Below are positions 36,044-45,471 of a stretch of 64,000 bases of DNA, piece by piece. A program made the translations under genes and the position numbers. Where the stretch lies: assembly GCA_027491415.1 (NCBI GenBank), contig JAOZFH010000025.1:19974-83973 (forward strand). Reading direction: 5' to 3'. Within the stretch, counting starts at the first letter, position 1. Each line of letters opens with the position of its first letter. The notes under the pieces are model-generated. The model was not told where the DNA came from, ran no database searches, and saw nothing but the letters and a program-made list of their open reading frames with translations. This DNA is from Thermoproteota archaeon (GTDB lineage: Archaea; Korarchaeota; Korarchaeia; Korarchaeales; Korarchaeaceae).

Positions 36044-36571
36044 ATGAAACTTGCGAGGGGCCAATTATATCTCGGCGGCCGCGCTTCGGCGGGGAGCGCG
36101 TTGAGGCGGCTCAAGGTCATCTTCGCGGGCGAGTCAGAGGTGGGTAAGACCAGCGTGGCCGCGGCCATCTCGGCTGCCGGCCTGGCCAGCGGCGGGCCAA
36201 CGATAGGGGCCGACTTCTTCGTCTCGGGTCCAGACGGGGTCAGGGCCGTGATCTTCGACCTGGCCGGGCAGGACCGCTTCGCGCCGCTGGCCCCGCTGCT
36301 CTCGCGCGGCGCGAGGATCGTCGTCCTCATATTCGATGTCTCCAGGCCGGAGACCCTGTTGGCAATTCCGGATTGGGCCGAGAGGGTCCTCAGCGGGACG
36401 GAGGACGCGAAGGTGATCCTAGTGGGGAACAAGCTCGACGCGGGTCTCCGAGTGACGCCGGAGGACATCGCGTCCGTGGCGGCGGCGGTCGGCGCCCACA
36501 GGGTCATCCTGACGAGCGCTTCCACGGGATTCGGACTCAATGAACTCAGAAAGGAGCTCTTAGAGGCCTGA
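36044..36571 (+). CDS. Rab-like small GTPase
   Basis: GESEVGKTS, PTIGADF, FDLAGQDRF, NKLD, SAS. The start may be TTG at 36101. Confidence 0.9.
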   Translation: MKLARGQLYLGGRASAGSALRRLKVIFAGESEVGKTSVAAAISAAGLASGGPTIGADFFVSGPDGVRAVIFDLAGQDRFAPLAPLLSRGARIVVLIFDVSRPETLLAIPDWAERVLSGTEDAKVILVGNKLDAGLRVTPEDIASVAAAVGAHRVILTSASTGFGLNELRKELLEA

Positions 36572-36618
36572 CGAGATCTTGGGCTAAACCTATAATGCGG
36601 GCGGGGGAAGGTGGAGGG

Positions 36619-36924
36619 ATGAGGGGCACCCTCGCCCTCATGACCCTTGGCGCCCTGCTCATCGCCGCCCTGGTGGTGGGCTTCTCACTGCTGAAGCTCT
36701 TGGCAATCTTGGCGGGGGTGGGGTTCCTCTCCGGGGCGGCGTTCGGCGCCGCCTCCTCATCGGGCGGCCTCTCCCGGAGGGTGAAGTGGGCCCTGAAGGG
36801 CGGCCTGATTCTGGGGATTCTGATACCGGCGGCCGCGGCCCTCGCTATTCCGCTGGCTGCCGCCGGGCTGGTCATCGCGGCCGCCGGCGAGATCCTGTCT
36901 GCCCTCGACGAAGGCGGAGCTTGA
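36619..36924 (+). CDS. Small hydrophobic membrane protein
   Basis: Three to four Gly/Ala-rich TM segments. GGAGG precedes the ATG. Confidence 0.6.
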   Translation: MRGTLALMTLGALLIAALVVGFSLLKLLAILAGVGFLSGAAFGAASSSGGLSRRVKWALKGGLILGILIPAAAALAIPLAAAGLVIAAAGEILSALDEGGA

Positions 36925-37498
36925 CCTGACTCCAAAACTCCCGCAGCTTGGACGGCTCCCTTGGGGGGTTGAGGAACACCGAGAGCGGTATGTCGCCCGT
37001 CGCCGCGGCGAGGGAGAACGCCTCGACGGTTCTGACGGCCTCTTCCTGATCCCAGCTCTCCACGGCGCCGGGACGAACCCTCCTTACCTTCTCTATAGCC
37101 GCGCTGGCCGTCATGCCCCTCGTGAAGACGAGGTAGGCGGCCGCGAACATGCCCGACCTCCCCCTGCCAGCGAGGCAGTGGACCCCTAGCGGCCTCCCCA
37201 TCGAGACGACCCTCCTCGCCCACAGGAGGGCGTTGATCAGCTCCTCGGGCTCCGGAGACCTCCTGGTCTCCGTCGGAAGGAAGTACGGCCAGACGTCGTT
37301 GTCGAGCATGGCCCTAGCGAATAGGAGCACGTTTCCCCAGTACGTGAGGATCTCCCTCCCAGTCGCTAGGGACACGACCGCCCTGACTCCCTGGAGCCTG
37401 AGCTTCCTGATGGCCTCCCTGTCCACCGGAAAGCCGCAGATGGCCAGTTCGCCCGGGATCACCCAGAGGACCCACAAGGACCTCCACCCGCCTACCAC
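36872..37498 (-). CDS. Dual-specificity/PTP-like phosphatase
   Basis: HCLAGRGRSG (CX5R) and RPGAVES..Q. Start at 37498 or 37477. Confidence 0.9.
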   Translation of the reverse strand: MVGGWRSLWVLWVIPGELAICGFPVDREAIRKLRLQGVRAVVSLATGREILTYWGNVLLFARAMLDNDVWPYFLPTETRRSPEPEELINALLWARRVVSMGRPLGVHCLAGRGRSGMFAAAYLVFTRGMTASAAIEKVRRVRPGAVESWDQEEAVRTVEAFSLAAATGDIPLSVFLNPPREPSKLREFWSQVKLRLRRGQTGSRRRPR

Positions 37499-38379
37499 CA
37501 GGGGGCGCTGGAGAGGACCTCCTCTAGGCTGGCCCTCACGAACACGTGGAAGCACCTGCGCCTCTTGCGGTCCTGAGCCAGATCCACGTCCAAGAACCCT
37601 AGCCCCATCAACTTCTCAAAGACCTCCGCCGTCGCGGCCCTCCACTCTCGGAGTAAATCCAGCCTTCCCTCCCTCCTGTACTCTGAGACGCTCCAGGGGA
37701 TCTCGACGAGGGCCAGCTCGGCCTTCGACCTCACTCCGAGCACCCTTGGCCTCCTCAGCCGGTCCCCCTCTGGCCGAGAGTCCAGGCAGACGACGGCCCC
37801 CCTGTCCAGGAGTTCGCCCGGCGTCGGCGGGGGTCTCTCGGCGGCCGTGATCGCCCTCACCCTCTCCGAGTCCAGGAACCACTCCGCCACGACCCTGTCG
37901 GAGGGGATTCCCCTGTTCACCTCGTCAAGCATCTCCCCGTAGTAGCTCCTCACGTACGTCCTTATGACGACGCCCAGCTTTCCCAGGTTGAGCCTCGAGT
38001 TTCCGCGCTGCAGGGGGTCGAAGGTCCACTCTATGAGCCTCAGACCCCTAGAGAGGGCCGCCTCTCTCTGGGCCATCTTCAGCCTGAACCCGACCCCCCT
38101 CCCCTGCCACTCGGGCACGACCCCCATCATGTGCGAGTAGTGATACGGGCCCTCCGGCCCTAGACCGGTGAACCCGAAGACGAATCCGATCAGCCTTCCA
38201 GAAGACGGCTCGAACGCCCCCAGCACCACCCCCCCATTTTTGGCAGCGGCTATCAAAACGTGGGCGGGGACGCGCTCGATCTCGGGCATCCCCCAAGCGA
38301 GTTCTTGAACCTTCACCGCATCCTCAAATTCCTCGTACCGCAGGAGCGGGCGAACGACCACCTCCTCGCGTTCGGCCAT
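37492..38379 (-). CDS. GNAT family N-acyltransferase (COG3375-like)
   Basis: YSHMMGV..QGRGVG..LK..QR, WTFDPLQ, NLGKLG, YYG.M.D..NRG.PSDR. Confidence 0.88.
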   Translation of the reverse strand: MAEREEVVVRPLLRYEEFEDAVKVQELAWGMPEIERVPAHVLIAAAKNGGVVLGAFEPSSGRLIGFVFGFTGLGPEGPYHYSHMMGVVPEWQGRGVGFRLKMAQREAALSRGLRLIEWTFDPLQRGNSRLNLGKLGVVIRTYVRSYYGEMLDEVNRGIPSDRVVAEWFLDSERVRAITAAERPPPTPGELLDRGAVVCLDSRPEGDRLRRPRVLGVRSKAELALVEIPWSVSEYRREGRLDLLREWRAATAEVFEKLMGLGFLDVDLAQDRKRRRCFHVFVRASLEEVLSSAPWW

Positions 38380-38470
38380 CCGGCTCGTCCCTCCCAGAGA
38401 TGGGAGTCCCGTGGGCAGCGCGTGGGTTCTGGTAGACGGCGGCCGGGTTTCCTCAAATCTTTCGGTGGAG

Positions 38471-38953
38471 TCACCCGCCACCCAGCCAGTCGGCGCCTCC
38501 CCGCTTCGGTCTCAAGTGTACCTTACACGTCTCCCCAGGTGTCAACCTCGCTTGGGCGCTCATCTGCCTACCCAGAACCTCGCCTACCATGAATGCGAGC
38601 ATTCCCCCCCAGGGGCAGGCCGTCCCCTCGAACTCGTACCCGCCCACCCTTTTCGGGCAGATGAGGCATCCGTCAATGGTGGCCACAACGGAGCCGTCAC
38701 CCCCGACCTCGAACCTGAGGGACTCGGCGAGCCTGCTGGAGACCAGCGCCTCTGTTAGATCGCTCAGAGACTTCGGCTGACAGCCGCTCTCGGACATGTG
38801 CTTCAGGATCTCTCTCCCGACCGCGTATCCCACCACGTTTATGACCGCCTGGGACGTCTTTCCCAGCACCCTCTCCATCCCAACCATGAAGCCTATGATC
38901 ACGGCGTTGAGCAAATTCCCGGCGCACTTCGCAGAGGGGTCCAACCGAGACAC
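38471..38953 (-). CDS. V4R-like / output-domain small protein
   Basis: VGYAVGREI, GCLICP...ACPWGG, TCKV. Confidence 0.65.
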   Translation of the reverse strand: MSRLDPSAKCAGNLLNAVIIGFMVGMERVLGKTSQAVINVVGYAVGREILKHMSESGCQPKSLSDLTEALVSSRLAESLRFEVGGDGSVVATIDGCLICPKRVGGYEFEGTACPWGGMLAFMVGEVLGRQMSAQARLTPGETCKVHLRPKRGGADWLGGG

Positions 38954-39002
38954 CTCTTCCTGGGCTTTCAGCTCTCGGGGATAGTGGGTCCCGTTCAGCC
39001 TG

Positions 39003-39812
39003 CTACTTATTGAGATTACTCGAGGGGTGACTCACCCTGGCGGTCAGCGCCGCTGGAACGGCGCCGGCCGCGAGCCCGACTGTAGACGCGATCAGGGCCT
39101 CCACCCAACCCGCCTGGCTCGCTCGCCCAACTAGAACGGTGTCCACGAGCAGGTCCCAGGAGGAGTGCATAGCTACGGGCCCCCACAGGTTATCGGTCGC
39201 CTCGAGGTACAGGCACATCAGGAGTCCGAATCCGAACACGGTGTACAGGTGCCAGGCCGCCTCCAGCGGAGAGAGCCCGTGGACGAACACGTCGATCGGC
39301 AAGTGAGAGACCGAGAAGAGCGCAGCCGACACGACTGCCGCAATGACTGCACCCCTCCGGCCGGCTAAGTCCCTCTTCAGCTCTAGGTAGATGTACCCGC
39401 GGTCCATGGCCTCCTCGGAGAGGCCGACGACGCCCAAGACGTAGGCGGCATAGGCAACCCACGCCCAGTCCAGCCCAACCAGGCTCAGTCCGGGCCATCC
39501 GGAAAAGGCTGAGGGGACGAGGACCTCTTCCACCACCCAGGAGGCCGCCGCTCCGATCACGCCGACCGCGGCCGCCCGAGAGGCCCCCCTGCGCGTGAGC
39601 CGCAGGTACGACAGTCCGCCTCCGTCGAAAGCCCTGGCGAATAGTACCGTCAGGCCGAATATACCCGCGAGCTTAACTGGAATGTCGAGCAGGTAGAGCC
39701 AGACTCCTGGACCCACGTAGACGCCCGTGAGGTAACGGTAGGGCGTCCACGTCGCCATGTGAGCGAGGTAGAGTCCGAGAGCGTGCCTCCAGTGCTTGGG
39801 TCGGCTTGCCAT
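39003..39812 (-). CDS. CPBP (Rce1/CAAX-like) intramembrane protease
   Basis: EEAMDRG, FSVSH, MHSSWD. Confidence 0.9.
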   Translation of the reverse strand: MASRPKHWRHALGLYLAHMATWTPYRYLTGVYVGPGVWLYLLDIPVKLAGIFGLTVLFARAFDGGGLSYLRLTRRGASRAAAVGVIGAAASWVVEEVLVPSAFSGWPGLSLVGLDWAWVAYAAYVLGVVGLSEEAMDRGYIYLELKRDLAGRRGAVIAAVVSAALFSVSHLPIDVFVHGLSPLEAAWHLYTVFGFGLLMCLYLEATDNLWGPVAMHSSWDLLVDTVLVGRASQAGWVEALIASTVGLAAGAVPAALTARVSHPSSNLNK

Positions 39813-39866
39813 GCGACGCGGTCGACCCTCGCAACGGCCAAAAAATAAGGCCGGGGGGAGGCCCCG

Positions 39867-40397
39867 ATGAGGATCATCTACCGGGGCGTCGAGATCTCAG
39901 TGGTCGAGGGGGACATAACGGCCCAGGTTGTCGACGCGATCGTAAACCCGGCGAACCGGAGGCTGGTCATGGGTGGAGGGGTTGCAGGAGCCATAAGGAG
40001 GGCTGTAGGAGAGGAGATAGAGAGGGAGGCAGTGTCCAAGGGCCCCATCGAGATAGGTGAGGCCGTCGCCACCACCGCAGGGAGGCTGCCCGCCAGGTAC
40101 GTGGTACACGCCCCGACCGTCAGGAGCCCGGGCGGGCGGGCGTCGCTCAGCTCCGCACGGGCGGCGACCCGGGCCGCCCTCCGACTCGCCGACGAGCTGA
40201 ACCTGGAGTCGATCGCCTTCCCGGGCATGGGCACGGGCGTCGGCGGGTTGAGGATCTCCGAGGCCGCGAGGGCCATGGCGGATGAGGTGAGGAGATTCAT
40301 AGACGGGGGAACCGGGCTCAAGAGGATCGTCTTCGTGGCCTACGGCGAGGGCGCCTTCAGGGAGTTCCGGGAGGCCGTCAGGAGGGTCTTTGGGTGA
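39867..40397 (+). CDS. Macrodomain (ADP-ribose binding/hydrolase) protein
   Basis: GDIT, DAIVNPAN, MGGGVAGAI, AFPGMGTGVGG. Confidence 0.95.
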   Translation: MRIIYRGVEISVVEGDITAQVVDAIVNPANRRLVMGGGVAGAIRRAVGEEIEREAVSKGPIEIGEAVATTAGRLPARYVVHAPTVRSPGGRASLSSARAATRAALRLADELNLESIAFPGMGTGVGGLRISEAARAMADEVRRFIDGGTGLKRIVFVAYGEGAFREFREAVRRVFG

Positions 40398-40409
40398 CTT
40401 CCGGCCTCT

Positions 40410-40691
40410 TCAGAGCCTGAGGCCGAGGGAGTCGAACAGCCTCTTCATCCTCCTGAGCTCCACGAGCAGCCTGAATCCATCCTCTGTGAGTTCGTACCCC
40501 GTCCTGCTGCCCTCGACCTCCACCTCCCTGATGACGCCCCTCTCGAGCAGGTGGGAGAGGTACTCCCTCAGCCTAACGTGGGGGAGGTTGACCTCTTGGG
40601 TCAGCTTCGACGGCCCCAAAACCCCATGTGCTGACAGAGCCTCAAGGAGATCTAGGATGATGGCGGCCTGCGAGCGGTAAGATCTCCGCAT
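40410..40691 (-). CDS. Small wHTH regulator (COG3432-like)
   Basis: RSQAAIILDLL, SKLTQEVNL...YLSHLLERG, YELTEDG. Confidence 0.85.
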   Translation of the reverse strand: MRRSYRSQAAIILDLLEALSAHGVLGPSKLTQEVNLPHVRLREYLSHLLERGVIREVEVEGSRTGYELTEDGFRLLVELRRMKRLFDSLGLRL

Positions 40692-40696
40692 TCAGC

Positions 40697-41284
40697 TCAG
40701 CCCCACCAGCTCCTTAGGAGTATGGCCAGCAGCGGTAGGAAGCCTGCCGCCTTGAGGGCCTCGCCCGCTAAGAAAAGCGCGGGTCTGCCGAGGATGCCGG
40801 AAAGGAGCAAGACTGTGTGCGCTGCGAGGAGGATGGAGTACCCGAATAGCGTGAGGGTGGAGCTCCTGGGCTCGTCCCTAGACGTGTAGACTAGTAGAAG
40901 CCCGAGGGGAATCACGGCCAGAGCGTCGAACGCCATTCGGAGCCGTTCGGCGACGAATACAGGGACGGCTGCTAACTTGGCCTCCACGCCCTTGTGCGAG
41001 AGCATCAGCAGGGAGTACCCGAGCGGAAATGCCATGCCGTGTAACGTCCACACGAGCGCCTGGGTCCCAGTTGGAGCTCTGAGCCACGGGGACCCCAATC
41101 CGACCCGGTGGTGGAGCCCCGCAGAGAGCGTGATGTAACTCCCAAGCGCGGCCCCGAGGGCCAGCACGGCGAATCCAAGGGCCGCCCACGCGAGGTGACG
41201 TGCCCCATACCTCCAGGCCCTGAGAGACAGGAGTGCCAACGCTGAGAGCGTGATCAGAGAGATCAGTTCGAGCAGACCCACCAT
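40697..41284 (-). CDS. Multi-pass membrane protein, putative sensor
   Basis: HLAWAALGFAVL, about six TM, 5 nt upstream of the wHTH gene. Start approximate. Confidence 0.7.
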   Translation of the reverse strand: MVGLLELISLITLSALALLSLRAWRYGARHLAWAALGFAVLALGAALGSYITLSAGLHHRVGLGSPWLRAPTGTQALVWTLHGMAFPLGYSLLMLSHKGVEAKLAAVPVFVAERLRMAFDALAVIPLGLLLVYTSRDEPRSSTLTLFGYSILLAAHTVLLLSGILGRPALFLAGEALKAAGFLPLLAILLRSWWG

Positions 41285-41327
41285 GAGGGAAAAATGAGGA
41301 GGGAGCAAGGCAACACCTCTCCCTGCC

Positions 41328-41780
41328 TCATCCACCGAACCGGGAGGCCGTGAACCCGTCGTACCGCAATTCAGTGGCCATCCAAGCACCCCAAGTCTCG
41401 CTGTAGTGGCAGGTCACCTCCACGCTCGTTCCTGGCCTTAGCTCGTCCACCAGATCCTCCCAAGAGATCCTCTGGCCATCGGTGTACCACACGCCCCTGA
41501 TCAGGACGTCGACGCTTTCGCCCGACGGGGTCCGAACGGTCAACCGCCCCACCGACTCTTCCATCTCGACTACGACTCCAATGACCGTTGAGGTCTCTTC
41601 GTAATATTCGTGCTCCTCTGCGTCGTGTCCATGATCCTCAGCGCCCTCTTCTGCCCACCACGGTCCATGGGACTCCTCGCCCCCACCGGTGACGCTCGCC
41701 ACCCTGGGCCCCCACAGCGGCACCGTGGCGATGACGACGGCCGCCGTCAGCACCAGGGCGAACTTGACCGCGTCGCCCAC
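41328..41780 (-). CDS. Secreted/anchored His/Glu-rich OB-fold-like protein
   Basis: N-terminal TM, EESHG...EDHGHDAEEHE, and a beta-rich domain. Confidence 0.65.
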   Translation of the reverse strand: MGDAVKFALVLTAAVVIATVPLWGPRVASVTGGGEESHGPWWAEEGAEDHGHDAEEHEYYEETSTVIGVVVEMEESVGRLTVRTPSGESVDVLIRGVWYTDGQRISWEDLVDELRPGTSVEVTCHYSETWGAWMATELRYDGFTASRFGG

Positions 41781-41781
41781 C

Positions 41782-42066
41782 TCAAGACCCCCCGAACAGC
41801 CTCTTGACGAAGACCTTCAGGGGCCTGAAGTTGAGGTAGACGTGCAGAGTCACCAGCCCGCCCATGAGGAAGCCCGAGTAGTCGTGAATGGTCTCCCAGG
41901 CGTGCTTCCCCAGGCCGAGCAGGTAGACCTCGCCGCTGCCGGGGCCGTGGGGAGCGAAGTACAGGATCACGCCCGAGAGCAGCAGTACGGCGCCGACGAT
42001 CACCTGAGACAGGGACACGGCGGCGCGAACCTTCAGCATCTTTGAGTCAGACCCCATTCGCATCAC
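41782..42066 (-). CDS. DUF4405 family small membrane protein
   Basis: SGVILY, WETIHDYSGF...LHVYLN. Confidence 0.85.
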   Translation of the reverse strand: MMRMGSDSKMLKVRAAVSLSQVIVGAVLLLSGVILYFAPHGPGSGEVYLLGLGKHAWETIHDYSGFLMGGLVTLHVYLNFRPLKVFVKRLFGGS

Positions 42067-42198
42067 CCGGGTTTGAGTGGCGCGAGGTGGTATATCGAGA
42101 ATCCGGACGATTCGTCCAGAGATCGGGCTTCAATTCAGGCGTCGACGGCGGGGAGAGTTATCATAATATACCCGCGCGCGTGGCCAACGACCCCACGT

Positions 42199-43524
42199 AT
42201 GCGGGAGAGGTCCCTCAAGTGGGTCCTACTGGCCGAGATGGCGCTCAGCGCGCTCTACATGGCGCTGACTAGGAGCGTCTTCCTGATCTACTTGGCCGAC
42301 TTAGGCCTCAACCTGTCGGGCGTGTCCTACGTGTCGATATGGGGAGGCGCCCTGACCCTCTCGGTAGGCGCCTACGCCTACAGGAGGCCGAGGGCCATCT
42401 CGAGGAGGGTGAGGCTGAAGCTCCTCGCGTCACACCTCCTGGAGAGGATCTGCTGGATTCCGATCGCTCTCGGCAAGACGGTGGTAGTGGTTGCCGCCGC
42501 CTACTCCGCCTACTCGGCCTTCCAAGCCCTGACCACTCTCGGGATGAACCTCGTGATCTTCGGCTCGTTCGACGAAGAGGGGGTTCAGGACGTCGTGGCT
42601 GGCAGGATCTCGAGCGGGGCGGCGGCGAGCATAGTGGGCATGATCCTTTCGACGGGCCTCCTGAGCCTGCTCAAGGGACCCGAGAAGTTTGAAGTGATCT
42701 TCTTCCTGGGCTCCGGGCTCGGGGTCCTCTCTACCGGTCTGCTGGCCACTCAGGATCTGTCTCACCTCGAGGGAATCAAGGTCCCGGAGAGGGTGAGGGA
42801 AGGGGAGAGGATCTTCGCCGCCTCCGCCTACCAACTAGCCTTGGCCTCCTCCGGGGCTCTGTTCTCCATGTCCTGGATCCCCTACCTCATCCGCGTCGTC
42901 AACTACCCGGACTACCTAGTGGCCGCCATGACGCTCGTCGGTACGGCCACCAGCATGTTCGGCGCCCCGATATGGAGGCGGATTGACCCCAGGAGGTACA
43001 AGCTGGGCGTGCTCATTAACGCTATGACGCCGGTGCTCGTGCCTCTGTCGCCGCTCCCCGTCGTTCAGTTCGGGCTCTACGCCGCGGCCGCGTTCTCATT
43101 CAACGCGGCCAGCCTCTTGGGGACCTACCTGTTCGCGAAGTACAACAGGTGGCTGGGCTCCGTCAGGTCGAGCGCGCTCACGCTGGCGATCTCCGGGGCC
43201 GCCCAGCTCGGCGCCTCGGGGCTGGGGCTTTTCCTGGGATCCAGCTTTGAGCTGGCCTTCGCCCTCGCGGCGGCGCTCAAGTTCGCGGCCCTCGCGCTCT
43301 CCGCGCTGATCGTGCCGGAAGTGGCCGTCGTCCCGCCCCACCTGGCAAAGGCGTACGCCAACGCGGCCTACGGGGCGACGCTAATGGGCTACAGGGTGAG
43401 CGTCGCCATCACCAGGGAGACCCTCGTGGCCACGCTCAGGATGATCGCGCTGACACTCGCCCTCCTCACCCTATACATCATATACAGGATCGCCGCGCTG
43501 CTGCTCACTTCGGGGGTGAGCTGA
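42199..43524 (+). CDS. MFS-like multi-pass transporter
   Basis: About 12-13 TM. Likely ATG start at 42199. Confidence 0.75.
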   Translation: MRERSLKWVLLAEMALSALYMALTRSVFLIYLADLGLNLSGVSYVSIWGGALTLSVGAYAYRRPRAISRRVRLKLLASHLLERICWIPIALGKTVVVVAAAYSAYSAFQALTTLGMNLVIFGSFDEEGVQDVVAGRISSGAAASIVGMILSTGLLSLLKGPEKFEVIFFLGSGLGVLSTGLLATQDLSHLEGIKVPERVREGERIFAASAYQLALASSGALFSMSWIPYLIRVVNYPDYLVAAMTLVGTATSMFGAPIWRRIDPRRYKLGVLINAMTPVLVPLSPLPVVQFGLYAAAAFSFNAASLLGTYLFAKYNRWLGSVRSSALTLAISGAAQLGASGLGLFLGSSFELAFALAAALKFAALALSALIVPEVAVVPPHLAKAYANAAYGATLMGYRVSVAITRETLVATLRMIALTLALLTLYIIYRIAALLLTSGVS

Positions 43525-43543
43525 TCTGCAGGCAGAGCACGTC

Positions 43544-44242
43544 GTGACGGTGATCGAGGATGTGCTGAGGCAGCTGGCGCAGGAACTCGCCGACCTGGCA
43601 CCCAAGCTGTTCCTCGCGCTCACGGCGCTCATGGCCACGCTGGTGTCCGTCAAGGTGGTCAACATCTACCTCAGGAGACTCCTTAGGTTCTCGAAGGTCG
43701 ACGAGGCCGTGGAGAGGTTCGTCGGTGGGAGGCCCCCAGTCCTACTCTCCAGCGTCATAGTCGGGGCCGCAGACCTGGGTCTGGGGTTCATAGGGATCTA
43801 CCTCGTCCTAAGTCTCCTCCTCCCCCCGGACGTTATGGGGAGGGTCGACTCTGCCGCGCTTTACGCGGCCAGGGTACTCAGCGTTCTGGCCATGATCGGA
43901 TTCGTTCTGCTGGCCTTCAACATGCTGATGAGCAGGATAAGGCTCGAGACGAAGCTCAAGAGCTACATGACGTTCATCTCGTTCCTCCTCGCTACGGCTC
44001 TGCTCATCGACGTCGTGGCGCTGTCTGACCCGGTGAAGCAGGCGCTGGTATCAGGCCTGGCGATCGGCATAGGCCTCTCCATCGCTGTGTTCGCCGCCTG
44101 GTTTTTCTTCTCGGACTACATAGAGCGATACGTCCGTGCCGTCGAGGATGGGCTTACCGGCCCGGGGCGGATTGAGGCGCCGAATGAAGCCACCACCCCC
44201 ATGCCGGAGCAGAAACACCCCCACAATGGGGTTAAGGGTTAA
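43544..44242 (+). CDS. Membrane protein with MscS-associated TM helices (on + strand; the track says -)
   Basis: The + strand reads gtg acg gtg atc gag from 43544 to taa at 44240-44242. LAPKLFLAL, KVDEAV and GLAIGIGL patterns. Confidence 0.75.
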   Translation: MTVIEDVLRQLAQELADLAPKLFLALTALMATLVSVKVVNIYLRRLLRFSKVDEAVERFVGGRPPVLLSSVIVGAADLGLGFIGIYLVLSLLLPPDVMGRVDSAALYAARVLSVLAMIGFVLLAFNMLMSRIRLETKLKSYMTFISFLLATALLIDVVALSDPVKQALVSGLAIGIGLSIAVFAAWFFFSDYIERYVRAVEDGLTGPGRIEAPNEATTPMPEQKHPHNGVKG

Positions 44243-44403
44243 AAGCCTGCCATGTCCGCTACCGGCGAACTGCCTAAGGGTGGCCCGAGTTGCGCAAGGG
44301 GGACGCTAGGGAGTCCACTGCTGCGTGGGTTCCCGACTTCGCTCGTTACCCGTCTTCCAACTGGACGGCGTCGTCCCCCCCCTTTAATCCCCTGTCCGTG
44401 ATA

Positions 44404-44988
44404 ATGGACCGGTTCGGCTCCCTCTTAGGGACGCTGCTGGGTGTGATTCCACCCCTGGCGTTCCTGTACGGAGGGAGGAAGAGGGACAGGACAGTTCCGA
44501 ACCGAGTCCTCATTAAGTGGGATCCCGCGAGGGACAGGGTCGACGAGCTGGTCGCCGCCGTAAAGTCGCTATGCGCCGGGAGGCCTTCCACGATACTAAC
44601 CAGAAGGGGCAGCCCGCTGGCCACCCAGATTAAGGGGGAGTTCGGCGAGAGGGGAAGGATGATCTACCTGAAGCAGGGGGTCTCATACCCGATCTCCACC
44701 GAGGACGCCCTCATAGCCGCCCCCACGACGCCGCACGTGATTAGCCTGATAAGAAAGGCGAGGATAGAGTTCGGCGAGCCCATCGCCGTCGTGATAGACA
44801 GTCTCACGGACCTCGCGATGATCCTCGGAACCAAGAAGGCATACGAGCTCGTTCGAGAGATGCTGGACTCGCTGGAGGAGGAGGACAGGGTGGCCGCCAT
44901 AATCGTGGGTGGGGCTCAGGGAGAGAGGGAAGAGATGCTCTTCAGGTCCCTCTTCCCGGACGAGTTCCCCCTCGGCAAGCTAAAGTGA
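44404..44988 (+). CDS. DUF835-like degenerate KaiC/RecA domain with an N-terminal TM
   Basis: TILTR and VVIDSLTDLAMILG..KAY. No Walker A. Confidence 0.7.
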   Translation: MDRFGSLLGTLLGVIPPLAFLYGGRKRDRTVPNRVLIKWDPARDRVDELVAAVKSLCAGRPSTILTRRGSPLATQIKGEFGERGRMIYLKQGVSYPISTEDALIAAPTTPHVISLIRKARIEFGEPIAVVIDSLTDLAMILGTKKAYELVREMLDSLEEEDRVAAIIVGGAQGEREEMLFRSLFPDEFPLGKLK

Positions 44989-45006
44989 GCATCGAGTTCT
45001 CCAAGA

Positions 45007-45360
45007 TCAGGGCACCCTAACCCTGATGCTTCCTCCGGGGAGCCTCCCGACGGCCTCGGCCGCCCTCCTCGCCCCCAGCATCAGCGCCTCGAAGAGTTCC
45101 TCGGGGGTCACACCAAGCTTCTCGGCGGACTGCGGGAGGTCGTAGGCCCCCCTGACCCACACGGTCACCATTGATCCAAAGAGGCCGATCCTCAGGTGAG
45201 TCGGGACGTTCACGCCGGCGGGCATCAGCGCGAACCCCTCGGCCCTCCTCTCCGCCACGAATCCGGTGGATTCGATCACCCTCACAAGCTCCATGGCTAG
45301 GTCCATCGCGTCTCCGGGCCCGGCGTCGGCCACGATCTCGACGCCAGCCAGCCTGGACAT
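45007..45360 (-). CDS. Hypothetical protein
   Basis: ATG after GAGGAG, plausible amino-acid composition. Confidence 0.55.
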   Translation of the reverse strand: MSRLAGVEIVADAGPGDAMDLAMELVRVIESTGFVAERRAEGFALMPAGVNVPTHLRIGLFGSMVTVWVRGAYDLPQSAEKLGVTPEELFEALMLGARRAAEAVGRLPGGSIRVRVP

Positions 45361-45471
45361 CAGCTCCTCTGCGGGTCCGTGTTCGGGCAGACTCTCACCG
45401 TGAAGAATACCGCGACGCGCGTCAATTAACCTTTGTCCGCCGAGGACCAAAAAAGGAGGGGGAGCGGAGGG

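Noticed and set aside
43544-44242. ORF track lists this gene on the minus strand
   Set aside because: The given protein is read directly from the + strand (gtg acg gtg atc gag ... ggt taa), so the strand label is wrong.
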